A DNA stretch of 64,000 nt from an uncultured Actinomycetes bacterium (GTDB taxonomy: Bacteria > Actinomycetota > Thermoleophilia > Gaiellales > Gaiellaceae), in NCBI GenBank assembly GCA_963746445.1, contig CAVVAW010000008.1, positions 102,565-166,564 on the forward strand. Reading direction: 5' to 3'. Each line of letters begins with the position of its first letter. The first letter of the stretch is position 1. Shown in pieces: positions 52,792-62,339 of this stretch. The translations under genes and the position numbers were made by a program. The notes below the pieces were generated by a model that was not told the DNA's origin, searched no databases, and was given only the letters and a program-made list of their open reading frames with translations.

Positions 52792-52975
52792 CGAGGAGGC
52801 GCTCGAGGAGCTGGGCGACGAACGGCTGGTCGTGCTGACCTTGCCGAAGCTTCCCGGGTACGCGCGGTGCTCGAGCGGCTCTTCGCATGCGAGCGCGAGC
52901 TCGCGGACGTCCGAGGGACGCGCTGGTGGCGCCTGCGCGTCTGGCTCGCCGCTGCACGGCGACGCGTGCGAGGTG

Positions 52976-53143
52976 CTAGAGCGGCCGGTTGAGCTTCGCC
53001 CGGCGGCGCTTGGCGCCCAGGTAGTGCGTGAGCTCGCCGATCGCGATCGTCCCGAGGAACACGAGGCCGACGGCGAGCATCATCAGCACGACGTCCTTCC
53101 CCTCCTCGGCGGCGTCGGCCAGGAACCAGAGCGCAGCGAGCAT
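52976..53143 (-). CDS. hypothetical small membrane protein (55 aa)
   Basis: MLAALWFLADAAEEGKDVVLMMLAVGLVFLGTIAIGELTHYLGAKRRRAKLNRPL: one TM segment and a basic tail. It is the end of ORF 52976..53467. Confidence 0.4.
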   Translation of the reverse strand: MLAALWFLADAAEEGKDVVLMMLAVGLVFLGTIAIGELTHYLGAKRRRAKLNRPL

Positions 53144-53153
53144 CGGCGCGATG

Positions 53154-53696
53154 CTATACGAGGCGCGCGACGTGTGCCGCGAGCGCCCGGTCGACGGCGT
53201 CGTCGCCTGCTGCCTTCCGGGCGAGACGCTCCAGGGGGGCCGGATCGCGGTCGCCGCGCAGCGTCGCCCGGGCGTCGTCGAGCCCCCCGCAGGCAAGGAG
53301 AGCGGACGTGGCCGCCCAGGCGGGGCCGTCACCGTCGACACCGTCCGCCCGCGCCTGGGCACAGAGCGAGAGCAGCTCGGCGAGGTCGCCGACGGCCGCG
53401 ATCGAGCCGGTCCCGGCAATGCGTACGAGGCCGTGTGCGAGCAGCGCGTCGCCGAGCAGGAGGGCAACGTCGCCGTCGGGCGGCGCGAAGATGCGCGCGC
53501 GGCCGTAGTGCAGCAGGTAGCCCTCGTAGATCGTCTCGACGCCGAGCGCGAACCGCGGGTCGGGAACGAGCGCGGAGAAGACCGGCTCGGCCCGGCGCTC
53601 GGGCTCCGGCAGGAGCGCGTCCGCCCAGAGCGGGCTCTCGCGCGCCGCCCCGTCCGCGATCTCGTGGAACAGCTCGTCGGCGACGGCCTGCGGCAT
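53154..53696 (-). CDS. hypothetical protein
   Basis: From ATG 53696, 180 aa: MPQAVADELFHEIADG...IYEGYLLHYGRARIF...LLGDALLAHGL. Coding-like composition, no family recognised. Confidence 0.5.
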   Translation of the reverse strand: MPQAVADELFHEIADGAARESPLWADALLPEPERRAEPVFSALVPDPRFALGVETIYEGYLLHYGRARIFAPPDGDVALLLGDALLAHGLVRIAGTGSIAAVGDLAELLSLCAQARADGVDGDGPAWAATSALLACGGLDDARATLRGDRDPAPLERLARKAAGDDAVDRALAAHVARLV

Positions 53697-53707
53697 CGGC
53701 GCGGAGC

Positions 53708-54973
53708 CTACGCGTCTGCGTGGAACGCTCGCACCGATTCGACCGTCCGGTCGACATCCTCGTCGGTGTGGGCGAGCGAGGGGAACAGGCACTCGAACTG
53801 CGACGGCGGCACGTACACACCCGACGCGAGCAGGTGCCGAAACAGCGCGCCGAACCGCTCGGTGTCGCACGCAACGGCGTCGTCGTAGTTCGCGACGGGA
53901 CCGTCGTGGCAGAAGAGCGTGAGCATGCCGCCGACCCGCTGGACCGTGCCGAACGGCTCGAGGCCCTCCTCGAGCCGAGCGCCCAGGCGCTCGAGCTCTT
54001 GGTAGACCGTCTCGTCGCGGAGTCGCCGCAGCACCGAGATGCCCGCCGCGGTCGCGAGCGGGTTCCCGGACAGGGTCCCCGCCTGGTAGACGTCTCCGCT
54101 CGGCGCGAGCCGCTCCATCAGCTCGGCCCTGCCGCCGAAGGCCGCGGCGGGGAGCCCGCCGCCGACGATCTTCCCGAGGATCGTCAGGTCGGGCGCCACC
54201 CCGTAGCGTTCCTGCGCGCCCCCACGGGCGACCCTGAAGCCCGTCATCACCTCGTCGAAGACGAGGAGCGCGCCCGTCGCGTCGGCGACCATCCGCAAGG
54301 CTTCGAGGAATCCCGGCGCGGGCGGGACGCAGCCCATGTTCCCGGCGACCGGCTCGACGAGGATGGCCGCGAGCCCCTCGCCGTAGCTCGCGCACGCCGC
54401 GGCGACGCCGTCGACGTCGTTGAACCCGCAAACGATGGTGTCCGCCGTGACGCCCGAGGGGACACCCGGCGTCGAGGGGATGCCGAGCGTCATCACGCCG
54501 GACCCTGCGCTTGCGAGGAGCGCGTCGACGTGGCCGTGGTAGCAGCCCGCGAACTTGATCACGCGGTCGCGGCGCGTCACGGCGCGGGCCAGCCGCAGCG
54601 CGCTCATCGACGCCTCCGTGCCCGAGCTGACGAGCCGCACCATCTCGACCGACGGCACGGCGTCGACGATCTCCGCGGCGAGCTCGACCTCCGCCTCGGT
54701 CGGCGCGCCGAAGGTGGTTCCACGATCGGCCGCGGCATGCACTGCTGCGAGGGTCTCCGGGTCCGCGTGCCCGAAGAGCAGCGGGCCCCACGACTGCACC
54801 CAGTCGACGTAGCGGTTGCCCTCGACGTCCTCGACCCAGCCTCCCGACCCGCGCGCGACGAACACGGGCTCGTCGACGCCGACGGCCCTCATAGCGCGCA
54901 CCGGAGAGTTGACGCCGCCGGGGATCAGGCTCGTCGCTCTGCGCCAGCGGTCGGTCAGCTGCCTCAGAGCCAC
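53708..54973 (-). CDS. hemL: glutamate-1-semialdehyde 2,1-aminomutase
   Basis: From GTG 54973 (10-nt overlap with hemB): [45 protein letters not shown]. Confidence 0.92.
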   Translation of the reverse strand: MALRQLTDRWRRATSLIPGGVNSPVRAMRAVGVDEPVFVARGSGGWVEDVEGNRYVDWVQSWGPLLFGHADPETLAAVHAAADRGTTFGAPTEAEVELAAEIVDAVPSVEMVRLVSSGTEASMSALRLARAVTRRDRVIKFAGCYHGHVDALLASAGSGVMTLGIPSTPGVPSGVTADTIVCGFNDVDGVAAACASYGEGLAAILVEPVAGNMGCVPPAPGFLEALRMVADATGALLVFDEVMTGFRVARGGAQERYGVAPDLTILGKIVGGGLPAAAFGGRAELMERLAPSGDVYQAGTLSGNPLATAAGISVLRRLRDETVYQELERLGARLEEGLEPFGTVQRVGGMLTLFCHDGPVANYDDAVACDTERFGALFRHLLASGVYVPPSQFECLFPSLAHTDEDVDRTVESVRAFHADA

Positions 54974-55917
54974 CCGGCGAGGTCCTTCGCCCAGTACGTG
55001 ACGATCGTGCCGGCGCCGGCGCGCTTGATCGCGGTGAGCGCCTCGAGGGCGGCCGCGCGCTCGTCCAGGTGCCCCGCTTCCGCGGCCGCGCGCACCATCG
55101 CGTACTCGCCCGAGACCTGGTAGGCCCACACCGGGCAGTCGAAGCGCTCGCGCACGGAGCGGATCACGTCGAGGTACGGCAGCGCCGGCTTGACCATCAG
55201 CACGTCCGCGCCTTCCTCCAGGTCGAGCGCGCACTCCCGCAGCGCTTCGCGGATGTTCGCGGGATCCATCTGGTAGCCGCGCCGGTCGCCGAACGACGGC
55301 GCCGACTCGGCGACCTCGCGGAACGGGCCGTAGAAGGCGGACGCGTACTTGACGGCGTAGGAGACGATCGGCGTCTCCGGAAGCACCGCCCGGATCGCTC
55401 CGACGCGCCCGTCCATCATGTCGCTCGGGCAGACCGCCTCCGCGCCCGCCTCGACATGGCTGACCGCCGTCCGCGCGAGCAGGTCGAGCGTCTCGTCGTT
55501 CGCGACCGTGTCGCCGTCGAGCACGCCGCAGTGCCCGTGGTCCGTGTACTCGCAGAGGCAGACATCGGTCAGGAGCGTCAGCCCGGGAACCTCGGCGCGC
55601 AGCGCCCGGAGCGCCCGCTGGACGATGCCGTCCTCGTTCCAGGCCTCCGAGCCTTCCCCGTCCTTCTCCTCCGGGATGCCGAAGAGGAGCACCGCGCGTA
55701 CGCCCGCGCGCGCGAGCTCCGCGCCCTCGCGCACCACCTCGTCGACCGAGCGCTGCGCGATCCCCGGCAGTCCCTCGACCGGGCGGACGACGCCTTCTCC
55801 CGGGCACGCGAAGAGCGGCATCACGACGTCGTCGAGCGAGAGCGAGGTCTCGCGGACGAGCGCGCGCAGCGCGTCGGTCCGTCGTAGGCGCCGGAGGCGG
55901 GTCACGGGGAAGCTCAC
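54964..55917 (-). CDS. hemB: porphobilinogen synthase (delta-aminolevulinate dehydratase)
   Basis: From GTG 55917: [56 protein letters not shown]. Confidence 0.92.
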   Translation of the reverse strand: MSFPVTRLRRLRRTDALRALVRETSLSLDDVVMPLFACPGEGVVRPVEGLPGIAQRSVDEVVREGAELARAGVRAVLLFGIPEEKDGEGSEAWNEDGIVQRALRALRAEVPGLTLLTDVCLCEYTDHGHCGVLDGDTVANDETLDLLARTAVSHVEAGAEAVCPSDMMDGRVGAIRAVLPETPIVSYAVKYASAFYGPFREVAESAPSFGDRRGYQMDPANIREALRECALDLEEGADVLMVKPALPYLDVIRSVRERFDCPVWAYQVSGEYAMVRAAAEAGHLDERAAALEALTAIKRAGAGTIVTYWAKDLAGWL

Positions 55918-55954
55918 GGAACAAGGGTATTCGCCGCGGCGCGCTGGGTGCGGA

Positions 55955-57136
55955 CTACGACCCTGTGATGCGCCGGGGTGGCTCGACGCCGACCTCGAGC
56001 TCGAGCTGCTGGTCGCCGGCGTCCTCCCAAGGCTCGAGCTCGATCCGCTCGCCGAAGAACTCCCAGATCGCGCGACCCGCGGCCATCGTCGGCAGCGCGA
56101 CGAGCACACCGGGGATCCCGTAGAGCGCACCACCGGCGAGGAGCCCGAAGATGACGAGCAGCGGATGGAGCCGGAGCGCGCTCGCCATCACGTTCGGGAC
56201 GACGACGTGCCCCTCGATCTGGTAGATGAAGACGAAGAGCAAGGCGACCCAGAGGACGCCGACCGGATCGACGACGAGCGCGTAGAGCGCAGGCGGGACG
56301 GCCGAGAGCCACGGCCCGATGTAGGGGATCACCTCGACGAACGCCGTCCAGATCCCGAACAGCAGCGCGTACCGCTCTGCGCCCTCGACGAGGCCCGTCG
56401 TGCCGAGGATCCACATCCCGACCCCGGCGCTCGTGCCGATCACCACCGACAGCACCACCTGCCCCTTCACGTATCCCCAGAGCGCGCGCTCGATCCGCTG
56501 GGTCAGCGGCAGGCCGCCCCGCGGCGGGAAGCGGCGGTCGATCACCGCCTCGAGCCGCGGCATGTCGAGCAGCATGTAGATCGCGATCACGATCACGAGG
56601 ACGACGGAGAACAGGAAGAGGATCACCGAGAGCGCTGCGCCCTGGGCGAACGAGATCGCGTCGTGGGCGTAGCCCGAGACGTCGCTCGCGCCGATCGAGT
56701 CGGTCAGGTCGTTGAGCTGCTGCTCGAGCTGGATCCGCTCGAGCCCGTGGTCGTCGAGCCACCGCTGGAGCCGGTCGACCGCGGTCTCGGCGCCCGTCTT
56801 CCCCGTGGCCGCGCTCTCCTGCGAGAAGTACGCGTCGATCCGGTCGCCGGCCGAGCGGGACTCGGAGACGACGACCGTGCCGACCGCGACGAGGAACGCG
56901 ACGAACGCCGTCGCGAAGACCACCGAGACCACCGCCACGGCGGCGCCGCGCGGGAGTCGCAGGCGGGTCAGGTCACGGACGAGCGGGTTCAGCGTGAACG
57001 CGATCACGGCGGACGTGAGGAACAGGAACAGCACGTGTCCGAGCGGCCGCGCGAGCAGAAACACGACGAGCAGAAGCACGGGCAGGACGACGAGCTGGAT
57101 CCAGCGCGGGATCCGAATCGTCGTGTCCTGGCGCAC
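55955..57136 (-). CDS. AI-2E family transporter (PerM/YhhT-like)
   Basis: From GTG 57136: eight TM segments, [30 protein letters not shown]. Confidence 0.85.
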   Translation of the reverse strand: MRQDTTIRIPRWIQLVVLPVLLLVVFLLARPLGHVLFLFLTSAVIAFTLNPLVRDLTRLRLPRGAAVAVVSVVFATAFVAFLVAVGTVVVSESRSAGDRIDAYFSQESAATGKTGAETAVDRLQRWLDDHGLERIQLEQQLNDLTDSIGASDVSGYAHDAISFAQGAALSVILFLFSVVLVIVIAIYMLLDMPRLEAVIDRRFPPRGGLPLTQRIERALWGYVKGQVVLSVVIGTSAGVGMWILGTTGLVEGAERYALLFGIWTAFVEVIPYIGPWLSAVPPALYALVVDPVGVLWVALLFVFIYQIEGHVVVPNVMASALRLHPLLVIFGLLAGGALYGIPGVLVALPTMAAGRAIWEFFGERIELEPWEDAGDQQLELEVGVEPPRRITGS

Positions 57137-57213
57137 GCAGCGATCGTAGCCCCGTCCGTGGCGCGGGACGCATGGCGTGAAGCCCGCTTGCGCGTGCGGT
57201 ACCGTGGGCGCCA

Positions 57214-57990
57214 ATGGCCTCGCCGCGCTCCCGGCAAGCCGCACGCCTGCGCGAACGCAGACGCCGCTCCCAACGGCGTGCCCGCCGACTCGTCCTCCTC
57301 TCCGTGCTGGCGGTGCTGGGCGTCGTCACGCTGCTCTTCACCGCCTTCGGCTCCAGCGGCTCGTCCGGCCCAGCGCCGATCGCGATCGAGACCGTCTCCC
57401 TGGCGGACGCCACGGCCGTCCGGCCGCGGCCGCAGGTGCTCGCGTCGATCGGCAACCTTCGGATACAGCTCCCCGTCGCAGCGGGCGCGCTGACCGCGAT
57501 CGGCTACCACGGGTCGAGCGACGGATCGCTCTCGCTGCAGCCGGTCGGCCGCCAGGCGAACGCAGGGCTGCTGGAGCGGCTCTGGCGGCGAATCGCCGGA
57601 AGCGGACGCGAGTCGCCCCGCTGGTATCAGCTCGAGGGCGGTCCCGCGGGAACGAACGTGCTCGACGTGGGCGCGGCGCCGGGCACGGACGTCTATGCCC
57701 CTGTGAAGGGCTCGGTCATCGCGGTCAGCGACCTCGTCGTGGGAGGGAAGCGCGTCGGCAGCCGCATCGACCTTCGGCCGTCGGAGTCGCCGTCGGTGAT
57801 GGTTTCCGTGATGAACGTCCGGCCCGACCCGTCGATCGCCGTCGGGACCCCCGTGCTCGCAGCCTCGTCGAAGCTCGGCACCGTCGTCGACGTCGCATCC
57901 GTCGAGGAGCAGGCGCTCGCCGCCCACGCACCGGACGGCGGCAACAACGTCTCCGTCAGCGTCTATCCGTCTCCAGGCTCCCTCCCCTGA
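57214..57990 (+). CDS. membrane-anchored protein with degenerate LytM/M23-like domain
   Basis: 258-aa ORF: basic N-terminus, one TM segment, GTDVYAPVKGSVIAV...VGTPVLAASSKLGTVV. I did not see the catalytic His motifs. Confidence 0.5.
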   Translation: MASPRSRQAARLRERRRRSQRRARRLVLLSVLAVLGVVTLLFTAFGSSGSSGPAPIAIETVSLADATAVRPRPQVLASIGNLRIQLPVAAGALTAIGYHGSSDGSLSLQPVGRQANAGLLERLWRRIAGSGRESPRWYQLEGGPAGTNVLDVGAAPGTDVYAPVKGSVIAVSDLVVGGKRVGSRIDLRPSESPSVMVSVMNVRPDPSIAVGTPVLAASSKLGTVVDVASVEEQALAAHAPDGGNNVSVSVYPSPGSLP

Positions 57991-58154
57991 GGGGCCTGTC
58001 CGGAGAATGGATCAGGGCGGCTTGCAGGCGTCACTCACCGCGATGCGGCGTCCTCGGTCGCGCCAATATGTCCACATATTGACGCTCCCTGCGTCCTTGC
58101 CTCACGGCGCGTGCCGCGTGCCATCCACCGTGACCACCCTCCGGACAGGCCCCT
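57990..58154. repeat. 16-bp perfect inverted repeat (AGGGGCCTGTCCGGAG / CTCCGGACAGGCCCCT) bracketing a 133-bp spacer
   Basis: The left arm 57990-58005 starts at the last base of the upstream TGA. The right arm 58139-58154 ends 1 nt before the ymdB GTG. Confidence 0.9.
58064..58081. promoter_or_regulatory. AT-rich palindrome CAATATG-TCCA-CATATTG (candidate operator)
   Basis: 7-bp perfect arms. It is the most AT-rich 18-mer I noticed in the window and lies inside the spacer enclosed by the 16-bp inverted repeat. Confidence 0.4.
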
Positions 58155-58155
58155 A

Positions 58156-58944
58156 GTGCGCCTCCTGTTCGTCGGCGACGTCGTCGGTCGCCCCGGCCGC
58201 GACGCGGTCGAGGCGCTGCTGCCCGACCTGCGCGAGCGCCTCGACATCGACGCCTGCATTGTCAACGGCGAGAACGTCGCGAACGGCGTCGGCATCACGC
58301 CGCGACTCGCCGAACGCCTCCTTGCAGCCGGCGCGGACGCGCTCACGCTCGGCAACCATGCTTGGCGCCGCGAGGAGATCGGGCCCTATCTGTCGACGTC
58401 GGCCACGATCGTGCGCCCCGCGAACTTCCAGAGCGAGTCGCCCGGCCGCGGGCTCACCGTCGTCGAGGCACGCGACGGCACCCCCGTCGCGGTCGTCAAT
58501 CTTCTCGGGACGCTCTTCCTCGATCCCGCCCACAGCATGTGGGAGGTCGTCGACGGGCTGGTCGAGGAGGCCCGCGCGAGGACGCCCGTGGTCGTCGTGG
58601 ACGTCCATGCGGAGGCGACGAGCGAGAAGGTCGCGCTCGCGGCCTGGCTCGACGGCCGGGTGACCGCGGTGCTCGGGACGCACACGCACGTCCAGACCTC
58701 CGACGCGCGCGTGCTGCCCGGCGGGACCGCGGCGCTCACCGACGTCGGGATGACGGGCCCCCACGACTCGGTGATCGGCGTTCGCACCGAGCTCGCAATC
58801 CGACGGATGCGGACCGGGATGCCCGTCCGCTTCGAGACTGCCTCCGACGGCGTGCGCCTCGAGGGCGCGCTCGTCACGTGCGATCCGGTGACGGGACGGG
58901 CGAGCGCGATCGAGCCGGTGCGGGTTCCCTGGCCGGCGACATGA
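58156..58944 (+). CDS. ymdB: YmdB-like metallophosphoesterase (TIGR00282-type)
   Basis: VRLLFVGDVVGRPGR, NGENVANGVGIT, GNHAW, VDVHAEATSEKVA, GTHTHVQTSD, TDVGMTGP. The start is placed at GTG 58156 because the 58111-58155 extension uses atypical codons and lies in the repeat arm. Confidence 0.85.
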   Translation: MRLLFVGDVVGRPGRDAVEALLPDLRERLDIDACIVNGENVANGVGITPRLAERLLAAGADALTLGNHAWRREEIGPYLSTSATIVRPANFQSESPGRGLTVVEARDGTPVAVVNLLGTLFLDPAHSMWEVVDGLVEEARARTPVVVVDVHAEATSEKVALAAWLDGRVTAVLGTHTHVQTSDARVLPGGTAALTDVGMTGPHDSVIGVRTELAIRRMRTGMPVRFETASDGVRLEGALVTCDPVTGRASAIEPVRVPWPAT

Positions 58945-60118
58945 GCACCGCGAGCAGGACGAGCAGCAGGACCCCGCGGACGAGGACGAGCCAGGACGCA
59001 AGCGGGTCGAACTCCTTGACGAGCTCCCAGTAGCGGGCCGGGAACCAGACCGCGGTGACGGCGCACGCGGCCGTCAGCAGCCAGAGCGGCGCGCGGCCTC
59101 GGGCCGCGACGACGAGCGGGACGAGGAGCACGAGCCAGACGAGAAACTGCGGCGAGAGCACCTTGCTGAGCGCGACGAACGCGACGACCGCGGCGGCCGC
59201 GTGCCGGACGAGCCGCTCGGGGCTTGCGGGGCCACGCCAGAACGAGACCCACACGAGCACGACCGCGGCGACCTGCGCAATGCCCTGGAGCACGGCGAGC
59301 GTGTCGGCGCCGGTTCCGGTGAGGTTCTGCGAGCCGCTGCTCGACGCCCACCCGAGCGACGTGCCGACGGAGTGGTGGACGGCGAGCAGCATCCCCGCGC
59401 CGAGGCTCTCGATCTGGAGTGGCCGGCCGAGCTGACGGCCGATCGAGTCGAGCACACCGTCCGGGGCCGCGACGAGGAACGGAAGGTAGGCGACGATGAC
59501 CGGTGCGACGACGAGTCCCAGCACTGACCCGAGCTCGCGGCGTCCGCCCCGGCGCCACGCGACGATCCCGACGAGCGGCACGAAAACGGCCGGGTAGAGC
59601 TTCACCGCGATTCCGATGCCGATGACGAAGGCGCCGGCGCGGAGCCTGCCCGAGACCAGCAGGAGCATCGCCCCCGCGACGATCGCCGCAGGAACGAGAT
59701 CGAAGCGCGTCAGGATCACGCCCCCGAGCAGCAGCGGGACGAGCGCGACGACGGACAGCGCGACGCGACGGTCGGCGAGTCCGGTGCCGAGCCGGCCGAG
59801 ACCGGCGGCGAGGAGGAGGACACCGACCGCGCCGGCGAGCGCCATCTCCGCGGCGAACACGACGCGGAAGGCGGTGAGGGAGTCGGTGACGAGCGCCGGG
59901 AGGACGAGCGCCGGGAGCGCTCCGGGCGGATACTCGAATGCGAAGTCGCGGTACGGGACGAGACCGTCCGCGATGCGCTCGCCGTAGGCGTGGTAGAGCG
60001 CGATGTCGGTTACCGCGCGGCCGCTCAGCTGCCAGGTGACGGTCGCCGTCACCGCCGTGAGCACGAACACCGCAGCGGCGAGGAGCGCGTCGCGTGGGCC
60101 TCGCTCGCCGTCGCTCAC
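58874..60118 (-). CDS. GT87/DUF2029-like integral-membrane glycosyltransferase
   Basis: From GTG 60118 (GTGA overlap): DIALYHAYGERIADGLVPYRDFAFEYPPGAL, then more than 9 TM segments. Confidence 0.7.
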   Translation of the reverse strand: MSDGERGPRDALLAAAVFVLTAVTATVTWQLSGRAVTDIALYHAYGERIADGLVPYRDFAFEYPPGALPALVLPALVTDSLTAFRVVFAAEMALAGAVGVLLLAAGLGRLGTGLADRRVALSVVALVPLLLGGVILTRFDLVPAAIVAGAMLLLVSGRLRAGAFVIGIGIAVKLYPAVFVPLVGIVAWRRGGRRELGSVLGLVVAPVIVAYLPFLVAAPDGVLDSIGRQLGRPLQIESLGAGMLLAVHHSVGTSLGWASSSGSQNLTGTGADTLAVLQGIAQVAAVVLVWVSFWRGPASPERLVRHAAAAVVAFVALSKVLSPQFLVWLVLLVPLVVAARGRAPLWLLTAACAVTAVWFPARYWELVKEFDPLASWLVLVRGVLLLVLLAVLMSPAREPAPARSRSPVPSPDRT

Positions 60119-61821
60119 GTCGAAGCGGCCTCGTCCGGGTGCGGCTCGCGCGGGAGGAACAGTGCGAGCAGCACGAACGGCAGCACCCAGGGGAGGTAGA
60201 GGTAGAACCAGTGGGTCAGCGAGAGCTCGAACGCGAGCAGGAGCGACGCCGTGAGCGCGGCGAGCTCGAGCGGCCCCTTCTTGCGCGGAACGACCGCTGC
60301 GACCCCGGCAAGCACGATCGTGCAAACCTGGACGACCGTCTGGGCGGACGCGAGATTCGGGATCCCGCGCGCGTGGTACTGCCCCCAGTCCCAGATCGAG
60401 AACGGCGAGTCGCGGTCGAACTGGAACGCGACGGTGCGATCCCAGAACGTGCGCAGCGCCTCACGGAGCGACGGCTCGAGAAGGAGGATCGAGAACGCGA
60501 GCGCCGTCGCGCCGACGAACGCGGCGACAAACCGCAGGCTCGGTGCGCGCCGCAGGCCGGACGGGTACGTGAGCCAGAGCGGCACGACGATCAGCGAGGC
60601 GAACTTCGTCCACGAGGCGAGCGCCGTGGTGGCGCCCCGGGCGGCGGGTGACGAGGCGAGCCAGAAGCCCCACACGAGAATCGCCGGCGCGATTGCGTCG
60701 TTCGTGTTCGACATCAGGGCGTACGTCGTGAAGGGGAACGCGGCCCAGCCGAAGGCGAGCAGCGCGGCGAGGCGCGCGCCGCCGAGGCGCGCTCCGACGA
60801 GGGCGAGACCGGCGAGGGCGAGGAGGTCGAACTCGATCGAGGTCGCGTGAGCTGCGGGAAGCTCGTCCCACCGCCCGCTCCAGCCGAAGACGAGCACGGC
60901 CGGCACGTAGGCGAGATAGGCGACGGGCCCGTAGGTGTCGCCGCGCGGATTCGAGGACTCGCAGCGGCCGTTCGCCTGGATCCGTTCGCGTATCTCACCG
61001 TCGGAGTTGGCCCGGCCGCAGGGCTTCAGGTCGTCCGTCACCGGCATCGTCCCGTACGGAACCCTGCCGTCGAGGATCCGGTCGGCGCCGATCACGCCGG
61101 CGTAGCCGACGTCGATCACGCTGCGCCCGTTGTCGACGTTCAGGCCGACGCGGAAGCCGACGAGGAACAGCGTGGCGACGGCGAGCGCCCACACGGGCCA
61201 GACGACGGCGGTCGACCCCCGCCGTGCGGTCGCCCGGAAGCCGATCCATGCGGTTCGCACAGCGAGGTAGACGAGCGGCGGAACGGCGAGCGCGGCGCTC
61301 TCGAAGACGTCGCCTCGGTTGAAGAAGGCGAGCGAGACCCCGAACGAGAGCAGGACGAGAAGATCGAGTGTCCGCATCGACAGCGGACGCCGCAGGTCGA
61401 CAAGTCCCAGGAGGAAGATCGCCGAGAGGCCGAGCCACACCGGCCACGAGGTCAGCAGCTTGCCGCCGAACGCGCCCGGCCGGCCGCGGGCCATCTTCCA
61501 GGCCACCTGCGGCCCCGTCCACGCCTCCACCACGTGGCCGTCGGCGTCCGCAACCGTCCCGGTCGCGATCTCACCGGCTTCCCCGGACCAGACGTTCACC
61601 GTCCACGTCCGCTTCTCGCGGTCGAACGTGGCGTCCGTCTGGGGCTTCGGCGGGTAACGGTCGAGCCAGCGCGCGACCTTCGGGTACGTGAGGAGCGCCG
61701 CGGTCGCCACATCCTCCGTCAGGCTCGGTGGGCCGGGCGCCAGCGGAGACGTCGCGGCCGAAGCGGACCAGGCCCCGACGAGGCAGGCGAGCACGGCGGC
61801 GAGGAGCGCGGCCCGCTTCAC
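60115..61821 (-). CDS. large membrane protein, GT87/DUF2029-like with N-terminal extracytoplasmic domain and Cys-containing loop insertion
   Basis: From GTG 61821: signal/anchor VKRAALLAAVLACLVGAWSASA. DVGYAGVIGADRILDGRVPYG...GDTYGPVAYLAY parallels the D..Y...G..PY...YPP motif of the neighbouring gene. Confidence 0.6.
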   Translation of the reverse strand: MKRAALLAAVLACLVGAWSASAATSPLAPGPPSLTEDVATAALLTYPKVARWLDRYPPKPQTDATFDREKRTWTVNVWSGEAGEIATGTVADADGHVVEAWTGPQVAWKMARGRPGAFGGKLLTSWPVWLGLSAIFLLGLVDLRRPLSMRTLDLLVLLSFGVSLAFFNRGDVFESAALAVPPLVYLAVRTAWIGFRATARRGSTAVVWPVWALAVATLFLVGFRVGLNVDNGRSVIDVGYAGVIGADRILDGRVPYGTMPVTDDLKPCGRANSDGEIRERIQANGRCESSNPRGDTYGPVAYLAYVPAVLVFGWSGRWDELPAAHATSIEFDLLALAGLALVGARLGGARLAALLAFGWAAFPFTTYALMSNTNDAIAPAILVWGFWLASSPAARGATTALASWTKFASLIVVPLWLTYPSGLRRAPSLRFVAAFVGATALAFSILLLEPSLREALRTFWDRTVAFQFDRDSPFSIWDWGQYHARGIPNLASAQTVVQVCTIVLAGVAAVVPRKKGPLELAALTASLLLAFELSLTHWFYLYLPWVLPFVLLALFLPREPHPDEAAST

Positions 61822-61831
61822 GCGGCGGCGC

Positions 61832-62287
61832 TCAGCGGCGGTGGCGGAACGACCACAGCTTGTTGCCGACGAAGTTGACCGGCGTGACGAGCATGATCGC
61901 GAGTGCCTGCGCGACGATGGCGTCGCTGAGACCGGCCTCCACGAGCACGTAGAGCACGAGGAGGTTCGCCCCGAGCGCCAGCGTGGAGACGACGAGAAAC
62001 CGCAGCCACTGGAACACGACGTGGCCGCGCTGCCCGCGGAACGTCCACCGCCGATTCCAGATGTAGTTGTTCGTGACCGCGACGAGGAACGAGCCGATCG
62101 CGGCGGGCATGTAGTGGAAGCCCGCACCCTTCAGCAGGAGCACGTAGACGACGAGGTTGACGACGTAGCCGATCGCGCCGACGACGCAGAACTTGACGAG
62201 CTGCTCCCAGTTCGCGCGGCTCCGCAGCGCGGCGTCGACACGACCGCGAGGCAGGTCGCTTGCGGTGGTGGCCGTTCCCTCGTCCAT
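61832..62287 (-). CDS. GtrA-family membrane protein
   Basis: From ATG 62287: QLVKFCVVGAIGYVVNLVVY..., NNYIWNRRWTF, NFVGNKLWSF. Confidence 0.85.
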   Translation of the reverse strand: MDEGTATTASDLPRGRVDAALRSRANWEQLVKFCVVGAIGYVVNLVVYVLLLKGAGFHYMPAAIGSFLVAVTNNYIWNRRWTFRGQRGHVVFQWLRFLVVSTLALGANLLVLYVLVEAGLSDAIVAQALAIMLVTPVNFVGNKLWSFRHRR

Positions 62288-62339
62288 CTCGCCGGCCGAG
62301 CGTAGCGGTCGTCTCGGCCCGAGGGGCCTCCGCCGGGCG

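Noticed and set aside
58111-58155. An upstream GTG start for ymdB, as listed in the ORF track.
   Set aside because: The 15 extra codons use atypical codons (cgt, cct, agg, cta) and lie within the inverted-repeat arm. The conserved family N-terminus (LLFVGDVVG) begins right after GTG 58156.
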